From Scyliorhinus canicula (Eukaryota), in the NCBI RefSeq assembly GCF_902713615.1, contig NC_052162.1, positions 103,133,811-103,197,810 on the forward strand: a stretch of 64,000 nucleotides of DNA, written 5' to 3'. This document shows, in pieces, positions 39,433 through 51,009 of this stretch. The notes beneath the pieces are model-generated. The model ran no database searches. It had not been told where the DNA came from and worked only from the letters and a program-made list of their open reading frames with translations. Both the position numbers and the translations under genes were made by a program. The first letter of the stretch is position 1; each line of letters opens with the position of its first letter.

Positions 39433-41774
39433 AGGCAAACGCGAGATCGAGTTCAAAAGAATTGAATCGATTGTCAAATTTCCCCTTCCCCAGAATGTTT
39501 CAGCCCTCCGGTCGTTTTTAGGACTGGTTGGGTACTGTCAGAACCATATCGACGGTTTTGCGAAAAAGGCAGCCCCACTCTCAGACCTCCTTAAGAAAGG
39601 AGCCCCTTGGGAATGGCTTACGCAGCATACAGAGGCTGTGGAAGAGTTAAAGAAGGCCCTTAGCGCAGCACCCGCGCTACAAGTTCCAGACCAACTCTCC
39701 CCCTACGCAATAGAGGTAGCTAGCACCGATCTGACCCTCTCGGCCGTGCTCCTTCAGGAACGGCACGAGCAGCTACGACCAGTGGCTTATGCCTCCAGAC
39801 TTTTAGACCCCGTAGAACAAGGATTTTCAGCCTGCGAGAGGCACCTACTAGCAGTTTTTTGGGCAGTTCAGTACTTCTCGTACATTACCGGACTCAATCC
39901 CATCACCATTTTGACCGAGCACACCCCCACACAGTTACTTTTAGACGGTCGACTGAAGGACGGTTCAGTGAGCCAGATAACAGCAGCTAGGTGGACACTA
40001 CTGTTACAAGGACGGGACATAACAGTTAAATGGACCAAAACACACACATTTTTAGCGGACAACCTACAATATCCAGGACAACCCCATGAATGCGAGATAG
40101 TAGCACCCCTACACAACACAGGACCCTTCATTGCCAAAACGCCCCCCAGGAAGATAGGGAATTCAAGCCAGAGCCCCCAGGACACAGACACGTGTGCCCC
40201 ACTAAAGATATATGTGGACGGTTCATCCACAGTTTTAGATGGCGAACGCATCACAGGATGCGGGATTTATGTTGAGGATGCGCAGGGTCGCGCACTAGAA
40301 GAGATCGCATTAAAATTACCAGGTCACTTAGGCACGCAGGCAGCAGAGCTCACGGCAATTGCTTATATAGTGGACCACCCAGATTCGTTCCCCAGCCCAG
40401 GGGACATATATTCGGACAGTTTATATGTCTGTAACAGTTTAACAGACTTTCTACCCCTGTGGAGGACATGAGGTTTTGTCACCGCAGACGGGAAGCCCCT
40501 TCCATCAGCCCCATTACTCCGCCATATCCTAGAGAAGGCAAAGGATAGGACATATGGCATCATCAAAGTTAGAAGTCACCATAGGTCATCCCCCCCGGAA
40601 ATGTAAAAGCCGACGCACTGGCTAAAGCAGGTTTCAGGCGAGGTCACTTTTGGACACCCCCAGCTAGCTCACCAGCTAGCGCCCCTGTGAGTGCAGTTCA
40701 GGTCTCACAGACAGAAATCGAAGATTTAGTACAGGCACAGAAGCAGGCGAAAATCTCCAGGAGATTTTTAAAGGAAACTTCGTGGCCCAGTACGATAAAT
40801 TCAAACACGCTTTGACCACACATGAGGGTGTGATCATAAAAGATAAATTGTATGTGGTTCCTGAACAGGACAGGAATCAAATGATTGCCTTATTCCATGA
40901 CGGCCATGGACACCAAGGGATTGACCCTACTACAACACACCTAAGACAACTCTGTTGGTGGCCCAACTTAAGACAAGATGTCACCCACTACATAGAGAAT
41001 TGTTTGATTTGTGCGCAGAATAACCCGGAGAGGTATTCGAAGAAGGCACAACTCAGCCACACTCGCCCCGTTAATGGCCCCTGGACAAACCTCCAGATCG
41101 ATTTTATAGGACCATTGCCCCCTTGCAGGAATGGCTATAAATATGTTCTGGTGGTCATAGATACCTTTACCAAATGGGTAGAGGCATTCCCTTCATGCAC
41201 CAACACAGCTAAGACAGCTGCAAAGATCCTGACCCACCACATCTTTACGAGATGGTGTCTCCCCAGAAGTATAGAGTCAGATCAGGGATCTCACTTTACA
41301 GGACGGGTCATGAAGAACGTCCTGACCATATTCGGAATAAAACAGAATTTTCACATTGCGTATCACCCCCAATCAAGCGGGATAGTAGAACGCATGAATC
41401 GGACCCTAAAATCGACCCTTAGGAAGATGGTACAGGAGAACAATTCGACTTGGGATTCAGTGCTCCCATTCGCTCTAATGTTCATTAGGAATACGGTTTC
41501 ATCATCTACAGGTTTCACCCCTCACACACTCATGATCGGACGCCCTATGAAAGGATCAGAATTCCTTTTAGGACTAGACATGACCAGCCCAGAAGTGACA
41601 GCCCTCACACACGAGAAAGCAGTCAAAGGATTAGTTGAGACTGTAAGGTCTGCACAGTTAGCAGCCGCAGTAAAATTGGGAAAAAGACGGAAACAGAGCA
41701 TGGCCTGTTTCAACAAGAATGTACACCCCACAGAATTTCAGGTTGGGCAACAGGTTATGCTATCTGTTTATAAC

Positions 41775-42454
41775 CAGCGCCGGCTCGAGGGTTGCTGGCG
41801 CCCCGGGCAAGCTGAACTTCGGCGCCCTTAGGGGGGGGGGGGGGCGAGGGGGGGGGGGCCGAGGGGGGGCGGGGTCGAGGGGGGGGCGAGGCCGGGGGGG
41901 GCGAGGCCGGGGGGGCGAGGCCGGGGGGGGGCGAGGCCGGGGGGGGGCGTGGCCGGGGGGGGCAAGGCCGGGGGGGGCGAGGCTGAGGGGCGGGGCCGAG
42001 GGGAGGGGCGGGGCCGGGGAGGGGGGGGCGAGGCCGAGGAGGGGCGGGGGGCGAGGCCGAGGAGGGGCGGGGGGGCGAGGCCGAGGGGCGGGGGGGCGAG
42101 GCCAAGGAGGGGCGGGGGGGCGGACCCGAAGGGGGGCGGACCCGAGGTCGGGGCGGGGGGGCGGACCCGAGAGGGGGGCGGACACGCGGGGGGGCGGACG
42201 CGGGGGGTGGACCCGAAGGGTGGGCGGACCCGAGGGCGGGGCGGTGGGCGGACCCGAGGGCGGGGCGGGGGGCGGACCCGAGGGGGGGCGGGGGGGACTG
42301 AGCGGGGGGGCCGCCCTGGGGGCGGGCAGCCACCGCGCATGCGCTGGTTGGCACCGGCCCAACTGCGCATGCGCGGGACCCGAGTCTCTGGCGCCCCCGA
42401 GCACATGGCGCCCCGGGCGACTGCCCGAGTTGCCGGTGCCTTGAGCCGGCCCTG
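41775..42454. mobile_element. Non-autonomous hAT (MITE-like), extremely G-rich, inserted in IN of element A
   Basis: TIRs CAGCGCCGGCTCGAGG / CCTTGAGCCGGCCCTG; 8-bp TSD TTTATAAC at 41767-41774 and 42455-42462. Confidence 0.88.
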
Positions 42455-43985
42455 TTTATAACCCCAGCACGTTTTTGGCTCCTAAATTTTCCGGCCCGTA
42501 CTCAATTTCGGACAAAATCAGCCCCTCAGTATACAGAATAAAATACCCAAACGGTAAGACTCCGTGGTTTCATATTAACCAGCTAAAGGTTATGGAACAC
42601 AGTCAAACCACACACACCATGTCCTGCTGGATGCAGCAGAACACCTCGCTCCGCCCACAAGAGACACATTTCCACCCTCCCCCTCACAGACCAGTTCCTC
42701 ATCGGACTCGACCTCGACTCCGCCCACTTACTCCAGACCATGCCCCGGAACGCCCACAAGCTGCCACAGCAGAGACAGTGACAGTGACTGTGAGACTGAG
42801 GACAGCCACAGCACTCCACCCTACAGCCCCCACTTCAGCGGCTACGACCCCGACTCCAGTGACCCCATGGAGATCACCTACATTAAAAATCCAGACCCAC
42901 ACCTACACCCACCACTGACGACCCCGACAACGCTCCTTCAATTTTAGACCCCACGATTTGGCACAGGGACAATTCTTGGCGACTTGTCCGCAATGACGAG
43001 AGTGACCCCCGGTCACACAATGCAACAATTGCATGCCTGATCCATACAAGGGTATGGGATCCGGGAGAAGAGGATGACTTGATGTCTGACTCCCGACACG
43101 GCAACCCCTTTGCGACCCTGTTCGCAGAGAATGAAGAGAAGTGAGGTGTCCAGATGATGTAAAAAGAGGAACCGCTTGGGAGAAGCGCTGTCCTTTCTGA
43201 TGGCACCTGCACGTATGTTGTTTGTATGTTTGTTAAATGTTTCATTTGGAGATTGGCCACTTACTTTTCAGCTGAAAAGCTTGTGACCACCTCACATGCA
43301 CGTTAGTTTGTCCGCAGATATTTCTGAGAACTTGACACATCTGAAATGTCTGGAGCCCAGCTCAACTTATCACAAGGAGCATCTTGACTCCTCCCCTTTC
43401 TGTTTTTAGGTGCCCGTCTATTCTGGGAATAGAGGCTGCAATTCCACTACGACTACATTCTTGCCCGTTCATTTCAGGTTGCTCAGGCAGTGGAGAAACG
43501 GCATTGAGGACCCTCCCTGTCTGAGGACCCCCCTTTGGTCAGCTAAGCTCGGGTACAGCACAGCACGCCCTACCCGGGGATCCCATACCCGTCGTGGCCC
43601 ATACGCAACTCATTCGACCTTTTCGTTTCTAAACGTTGGTTTCATTTTTGTTTAAGGTAGCCCTTCGGCCGCCACTCCATATGCTATTTACATCCAAGAA
43701 CATTTTGGGATGGTAAATTTCAACACTCTGCGAGACGGCTCGCACTGGTTTAAGATAAGTATATGTCTGGTCCTAAATCCGTTTTTGGAAAAAAAAATGA
43801 GGGAGTCATATGGAGGTGACCACCATAAAGGGAAAATTGGAACAAGAGGACAGATATACTTAAAGTCAAGATATTAAGCTGAATACTAACAGATAATATG
43901 CTTGATCCCCTTAGCTTTCGGACGTTCAGGAAAGGAACTGAGGCAACAACACAGCAAGATCCCAGAAGAGAAGAGAAGGGAAGAG

Positions 43986-44342
43986 ATGAAGAGCACTCGA
44001 ATTGCTATGGTTTTAGCTATTGTGCCATCTGTGTGGTTGCGTGTGGACGCGTGCCCCCTTTCCCACAGTACAACGTTTGCTAACTTCTCCCAAACCCAGA
44101 CCACCCCCAGCCCAGTCAATGGTAACAGTACCCCGACCTGGTGTACCAAATTTCTGACATGGTACTCCTTGTCATATGTAATAGAATCACTTTTGGTGAT
44201 TGCAGTCCTATGTATCATAGTCCAGACCCTCAGGATGAGGAAATGGAGAAGGAGAGCCCACCGCTCGCAGGCCTCAACAGTGTACAGAGTACAATCCCCC
44301 ATTTTCGGATTCCACCAATCCCCCCAACGCCTTGATGTGTAA
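43986..44342 (+). CDS. Putative 118-aa type-I membrane glycoprotein in the env position of element A
   Basis: MKSTRIAMVLAIVPSVWLRVDA (signal-like); S/T-rich ectodomain with NFS and NST sequons and 2 Cys; TM YVIESLLVIAVLCIIVQTL; polybasic RMRKWRRRAHR; uninterrupted frame. Confidence 0.6.
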   Translation: MKSTRIAMVLAIVPSVWLRVDACPLSHSTTFANFSQTQTTPSPVNGNSTPTWCTKFLTWYSLSYVIESLLVIAVLCIIVQTLRMRKWRRRAHRSQASTVYRVQSPIFGFHQSPQRLDV

Positions 44343-44701
44343 TAAAAGATTTAATTTTGATACGATCTGTAAATAAAGATTATTGCGGATGTATTATAAT
44401 GTTCTGCTCTCGACTGCCGAATCAGAAAACGAAATGTAAAGATGCTGTTGTATGAATGAGTAAGGGTTTAGAATGTTATAGAATGCTTTAAATGTGAGAT
44501 GAGAGTAGTTTATTGAGAGAGTTAGAGGTTCCCGATTCGAATTGGTAATGCATGTCCCCTTTGACATAGCGCCAATTAGAAACTGTTAGTTAAATTTTTT
44601 TTGCCATTGTTGAGGAAATAGAAGCCATGGAACTCGCTGAGGTCAGGGGACCCAAAGACACCGTACTTAGGTGATCCTTCATGATTTCTCATGAGGATCA
44701 C

Positions 44702-44711
44702 AAGGAGGGAG
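44702..44711 (+). promoter_or_regulatory. Polypurine tract of element A
   Basis: AAGGAGGGAG immediately before TGTAG. Confidence 0.8.
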
Positions 44712-45505
44712 TGTAGCCACCGAAGTTGGCCATTTCCCTAAATACAAAATGGAGGAACGCAAAGCATACAGGATAAAATGGACAATGTTTGCAGCCCCAG
44801 CAGGCTGCACCTAGCAGGTGTGGATTCTGTCTGCTAAGAAAGCAAACAGCACCGAAACGAACGTTCCGCATACTAATGAGGCAATCACCGGGATAATTAG
44901 CATGTTAATGGAACAATTCCAGATACAATGGACACAAATGGGGAAGCAACTGCAACATTGTAAAGGATACCAGACACTCAGGCACCAACAGGGTTCGAGA
45001 ACAAAGAGCCTGAGAGCCCGCCCAGTAGCTAAGGAACAGCCTCAGTATTGGGGGGATTCAAACATATCGATTGGGAAGAGACCCAATCGATTCCAAGCAG
45101 GTAAGGGAGTCCGCCCAAAGGGGTGCGGATCCCTGGGACCTATAAAAGACAGGTCCCACACATGGTTCAGTCTTCTCGTCCAGCCCTCCTCTTTCTTTGA
45201 CCAGCACTCCTCCGTGGACCAGCACCTCGACCAGCTTTTGCCAAGAAGACCCTGAAGGAGAGAGAGAGAGGTTCGGACAGCAGCCGCCAGCAAGTAAGTG
45301 TCTCACAACGATCGCTACCAGAGATAGACACTCCTGACCCCTTTTAACTTATACCAACCTGAAGTCTGCAGACCAGAGCAGAGCAAGAGGCCTTGTTCCC
45401 TGATCCGGCAGTTCCTTCGAGATAAGTATTAGTTTATTTAGTGGTAGGAATAGCTTAATCCTTTTAGTGTGTGCATGGGTAGTTATTATAATTGTATTAT
45501 AATAA
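44712..45505 (+). repeat. 3' LTR of element A (3'-truncated)
   Basis: Starts TG after the PPT; TATAAAA at 45141; breaks off at AATAA ~45505; loosely similar to the LTR at 56551-56825. Confidence 0.75.
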
Positions 45506-45518
45506 CCGGTGACGCCAT

Positions 45519-48500
45519 TGTAACGATTATTACTTATGTTTTACTTTTGATCAAATTCCTAACCGAGTTGTATTCATGTTATCTTGATCCTATAATGTAT
45601 AAGAATCGCCTTCTTTTCCTGTAATATCGCAGACTTGGGACGGACTCAGCAGTTGTAATTGACTGCTTTCCGACTCCAAGTATCAGCTATTTTCTGCTAG
45701 CAGTTCTAATTAGTGAATAAAGTTCAGTTTTGCTTATCTAATGAATGCTGTTTGAATTTCTCTATCACAGTCAAGACGTGGGGAAAATATAAAATACAAC
45801 ATTTGGCGCTGCGAGAAAAAATCCAATATCCTGAGTGAGCTTCCATGAGGGACTGAGAAAAAGTGATCAAAGCCATGACCGGAGTAAAGAGACGGACGCC
45901 GGCACAAGGTAAGATTGACCTTGGTCTCTCTCTCTCTCGGATCTGTGCTGCGACCCCTCATCCCTGACGGAAGTAACTAAACAGGTGACGGTTCTCGAAT
46001 CTAAATTTGACTGTGAGTACATTTTTTTGGTGTAATTAGCAGCAGGTCAGGGACCTTGTTGATCTCGTTTTTCATCCGCATCAGATTTATACAGGCTGTC
46101 AATAAATTTGGGTCAGGGACCCTTTGATTAAGTTTGGGGTCAGGGACCCTGTCAATATTTTTTTCGGGTCAGGGACCCTGTCAGTAATTTTTTGGGGTCA
46201 GGGACCCTGTCAATATTTTTTTGGGTCAGGGACCCTGTCAGTAATTTTTTGGGGTCAAGGACCCTCCAATTTGATTTGGTACCAGAAATTTTGTTTTGAG
46301 CGTTTTTTTTGCCTGGGCACATTTTACTGACATTATGCGACAAACTTTAGATAAAACTAGCGGCAACTCCCCTCTATTTTTCATGTGTTTTTCAACCCCT
46401 TCCCAAGAACGTAATATTCGAAGATTGGCTGCAGCGCTGCTTTAAACAATAAATTAGGTAACAATATCTGGCCACTAGGTTACACAGGGATCTTGGAACT
46501 TTGACAATAGCATTGATGCAGAAAAAAAAAGCAATCTGGAGAAAAAAAAAGGCCGGTTTCAAATTGTTTAATTTTACAGTGGAAAAAAACAGTCTGCTTA
46601 ACGCAACGAACAATCACTATTAATGAGTTGGAGAGATAAAGCCCGCAAAAGAGATATTAATGAGTGTGTGAACGGTAAATTGAAAGATTGAAGACTTTAA
46701 AATTGTAATGTGACCTTTGGTATGGAAAACAGTCAAAATGATAAAGAGCAATCTGGCAATAACAAACGTCCTGTTAGCAGAAAAGTAGGACTGGCCAATA
46801 AGATTATAGGAAAGAAGGATCCTCCCAGTTGCTCTGGCATGCCGATGTTCCCCTATTCAAGCGATACGGGACAAGGAGGATTTGAACCCTGGACCCACCC
46901 TCATTTTGCGCTCCCCGATCTTGCAATTCCACTGTCCTAAGTCCTGACTCCCACTTCTGATCCCATTACCAATGAAACTTCTGCTAACGTATCCCCCATA
47001 GCGACACGCACTCGGTCACAGACGCAAGCCTTAAATATCGAACAACCCTTCTCTACGGAAAACATGATAATTGACTAAAAGATGTTGATTAAACGATCCA
47101 CAATAAGGGAATTATAGAAGTGAAGTTAATAAGTTACCAATTTAGAAGCATGCTGGCAATAATGACTAAAGTTTAACATTGCTTTTGAATGAAATTTAGT
47201 AGATCAGATGATGTTAACTAACTACTGCTTGGAATGTTGTACTGGCCTTATTATGATAACAAGTGGTTCTTCTGAAGGACAACAAAATGCGTACTCGAAT
47301 TGTTGTTAAACTAATGGCAAAACATTCATAATTCCTCTTGCAAATGTTCCCAAAGTTGTTCAGTTCACACTATATCAGTTTAAAAGAAAGTAACTTTAAG
47401 AATAAGAGTAATTGAAATATGAATAAGTTTTTAGATTGCGTCAAAAGACGTAAATGGCATCACACCAAGTTCTCCACCCATTAGATTCTGCAGGAAACAT
47501 TAACCATTTCAGCAGACAGTTGGTCTTTTCTGAATTGACAAAAGAAATACATCTCAGAGAACAGCTAATACCTCTAAGATTAATCAGTGCAAATTGACTT
47601 AAATGGAATAACACAGATAAAGTTTTCGAAGGAGAATGAAAATTTTTGTTCAAAAATTTGTCCGCAAGGACAAGGGCTGAATCCAAGAGAGAGAAAGAGA
47701 GACAGAGGAAGAGATTGAAGGAGAGAGAGAGAGCCAGCGACAAGAGACAGGAACTGTTAGAGAGAGCGAGAGAGAGCGAGTCAGGGAGAGGCAGAGACGG
47801 AGAGGTAGGCAGATAAAGAGAAAGAGCAACAAGAGTTCCAAAGACAGACAGAGTTATGTAGAGAGGGAGAGAGATAGATAAGAGAGAGAGGGAAAGAATT
47901 CATATTTCATTTTTCAGACTTTGACTTTAAAAATTGTTTCAAGCTGTGATTATTTGAAAGAGGTAAAGAGATATCGATGCCAACATGGTCCTTGTTATTA
48001 CCTGACCAATATCCAAAGTTCTGTGAACTCTTTTGTAAAGCAGTCAGACAATTGATAGCTACTGTCAACCTATTTAATTTTTGCAGAATTGACAGGTCTT
48101 GAAAACGGAATGCGCATATGGAAAAGAACCAAGTTAGGCTATCCACCTTGATTAGAAAGTTGCTGATTAGACACTGCAAATTCGGAGCGGTAATACAGTG
48201 CATTGATAATGGTATGTTTATAGAACTGTCTCAAATACGAGGTCACCAGCTGCAAGATTTAATAACTTCTGTGCCTGCGCCTGATTGCTCTCTGTTCTAT
48301 GCTGGCAGCTAACGTTAACCCTGAGTACCACTGTTTAAAACACCTGATAGAGTCCAGATGAGAGAATATAGTGACCCAAGCCTTGATAACCGCATTACTA
48401 TATCACCTATCCCGCAGGCCCAGCTTCGAAACTTTCCCCTATTCACTACTCCACAGTGGTGGTCGATTGATTTTGACCCCTCACACTTTTCACCTCCCTT

Positions 48501-48583
48501 AGATATTCCCAATCCACATGTCACTCTTTGCTACGATCATACAGTAACCTCGCCCGATTTGGAGAGCATTTACCAAGACAAAA
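45519..48583 (+). mobile_element. Decayed ERV relic (epsilon/class-I-like): 5' LTR, PBS, leader, gag/pro remnants
   Basis: LTR TGTAAC...ACAACA (45519-45801) with AATAAA at ~45717; PBS-like TGGCGCTGCGAG at 45804-45815; protease C-terminal-like CKFGAVIQCIDNGMFIEL at ~48175-48230. Confidence 0.6.
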
Positions 48584-50652
48584 GTACCTCCCCTCTGTCC
48601 AACATCTGCTTCAAACTTGCGATGTCTATCCCTAACCTTTTTTCATTGACACGTTTTGTACAGTGCACATTATCCGATAGGGATTTATTGTCAATGCAAC
48701 ATTCAATAGGTATATTTCCCAAATCCCCTTATCCCAAAATTTCTGTCAATATCTGAGATATATAAAAGGCCATATCCACTGCCTCTACATCTCAGCAGCC
48801 GAAGTGCTTTTGACCACTCTCCTTGTTTTCTTTGTTTCCCACACAAGAGGGCAACATTTACCATTGTTCCCCAAAAGGAAAATTATAAAACCTCCTGCGC
48901 TTGAAACCCCATCACATAAATTTGCATAGGACGCATCACTATAAACTATGAGTTTCATTTGCCTAAGGTCACCTAAAACCGGGAACCTAAAAACACACTC
49001 CTGCATTTTTAGTTTGACCAACGCTTTATTTGCTCTTATTATGTCTTCCACTTTGGGATCATTCATTTTTGTACTCAACTCTAAGACATCAAAACTCACA
49101 TCCGGTCTAGTCTGTCTATCTAACCAATTCAGTTGCCCAATTAAACTTTGTGGTTGCTCTTTTTCCATCCTTGAAACCATTGCGTCTTTTTGTGAAACCC
49201 GGCCACGACTAATTGCTACTGGGCTGATGCTTTCCAAATAAGATTGCTGACATAAAGTTGCCCCTAACTTAGTCTGTCCGATTTCGAGTCCAATATATTT
49301 AAATGCACCGGAAGCCTGACTTCCAACCTTGAATTCTTTCCTCAAACCAGAGATTACAATAGCTTCAAAATCACTAGTCCCACCCCACACAAAATCATCG
49401 GCATGCATCACAAAGATGCCAGAAATATTTCCTTTATAGTGCCAGTAAAACATTGCGGATCTGCTTTCAACTGGCAACAGCCTAACTTTAACAAAACTGA
49501 CCTTACCGAAAAGTACCAGACTCTAGATGCATCATTCAATCCATATACACATTTGTTCAACTTGCAAAGTACCCCTTCTGTGCTAGCTGCCTCTTTCGGA
49601 GGACGGAGAAAAATGTCTCTTTGGAGCTGATGCCCCTGCAAAAAGGCAGCTTTTATATCTATAGATGTGCATTCCTTTCCCTTTGTGGCTAATAGAGCCA
49701 AGAAGATCTTTAAGACCTTTCCTGCCGTAGGTGAATTTACCCTGAAATCCTGATCTTTACCCTGAAATCCTGATCTTGCCTTATAAGTTCCATCCGGAAG
49801 AAGCTTTTCCGTACAAATCCATGTGTGGGATAGAGCTCTTTGTCCCCTATCCGGTACTCCCGTGTATACCCCAAATTCACTCCAACTATGCAGTTCTTGC
49901 TGTTTGGCATCTTTGATAACCTTTTCATCTAATTTATTGGAAGCCACCAAAATTCACGTGCATGTGGGCTTCTACTCCTATTAGTATTCGTAGTCTTACT
50001 CATGTTCCGAGATCTTGATAAACTACGTCCCCTCTCCCACCTGGTATCTCATTCTGTACTGCTACTGCTTGATCTTTCCCTTCTGCTGTGCGATGTCCTT
50101 TCAATAGTTCTCGACGTTTTCCTGCGGACCTGTTCACTATCCGATGTACTATCTGAACTGGCATTGCGTTTTTGTGCCCTCCATTTTAGAACTTCGTTTT
50201 CCTAATCCATTGTCTTGACTCTCTCCCCTGAATGCTGTACATTCAACCAATGTTTATACTTTCCAGTGGACTTCCCTGCTCGACTAATAACAGTTGCATC
50301 CTTCCATTAACTAGACCCTTCAAGCAAGTATGTCACTTTTGTACCAAATTTTGGCATTCGCCCTTTTGGAAAAATGGCCTGTTCTAATTCATCAGAAGTG
50401 TTGTGTTCCTCTACAGAAACCCTGTCTACATCAGTTAACTGGTCCTCATAGTTCTGCAACACGCGCATACCAGATGACTCTGGTTCCTCGTCATGTCTGT
50501 CTGCTCTGTCTAAATTTGAAAATTTGTAATCTCTACTCATTAACCTTGATGAATGTACCCTAACAGTTTGATTACCATGTTGCAAAATAATTGTTTTGCC
50601 ATCTATGCCTATGATCTTCCCTGGGCCTTTCCATTCATTAGAATAGTCATTA

Positions 50653-51009
50653 GGGGCAGCAGGGTAGCATGGTGGTTAGCATAAATGCTTCACAGCTCCA
50701 GGGTCCCAGGTTCGATTTCCGGCTGGGTCACTGTCTGTGTGGAGTCTGCACATCCTCCCCCTGTGTGCGTGGGTTTCCTCCGGGTGCTCCGGTTTCCTCC
50801 CACAGTCCAAAGATGTGCGGGTTAGGTGGATTGGCCATGCTAAATTGCCCGTAGTGTCCTAATAAAAAAAAGTAAGGTTAAGGGGGGGGGGGGGGGTTGT
50901 TGGGTCACGGGTATAGGGTGGATACGTGGGTTTGAGTGGGGTGATCATGGCTCGGCACAACATTGAGGGCCGAAGGGCCTGTTCTGTGCTGTACTGTTCT
51001 ATGTTCTAT
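50653..51009 (+). mobile_element. HE1-type SINE within the copia element
   Basis: Consensus match. Confidence 0.9.

Larger units (their letters stand above)
36430..43144 (+). pseudogene. pol of element A (frameshifted; split by the MULE and the hAT MITE)
   Basis: YVDD at 37214-37225; RH2 IYVDGS (D at 40217)...QAAEL...YSDS...GNVKAD; IN FHDGHGH...CLIC, LQIDFIGPLP, ESDQG, VERMNRTLK; FSGPY at ~42490. Confidence 0.9.
36430..45505 (+). mobile_element. Retrovirus-like LTR element A (PR end, RT, degenerate RH, second RH, IN, small membrane ORF, PPT, 3' LTR); 5' part missing
   Basis: HILGIDF (PR), VLDISNGFWSIPL and QYVDDLLL (RT), two RNase H regions, HHCC/DDE integrase, GPY module, PPT followed by TG-LTR. 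Confidence 0.9.

Noticed and set aside
41719-42461. Gly/Arg- and Pro-rich ORFs
   Set aside because: Translations of the G-tract MITE bounded by TIRs and a TSD.
45506-45525. PBS-like TGGCGTCAC on the minus strand next to the LTR at 45519
   Set aside because: Only 9 nt; the polyA signal, the longer PBS and the downstream gag/pro remnants all support plus orientation.
47680-47895. GA-rich tract as a coding or regulatory feature
   Set aside because: Simple (GA)n-type low-complexity sequence inside the decayed ERV; no supportable function.
48584-48756. Second HxS-like motif (PYPKISV) in ORF 48358-48756
   Set aside because: This part is the antisense of copia RNase H (VEAVDMAFY...IDNKSL...KRL), so it is not part of the ERV protein.
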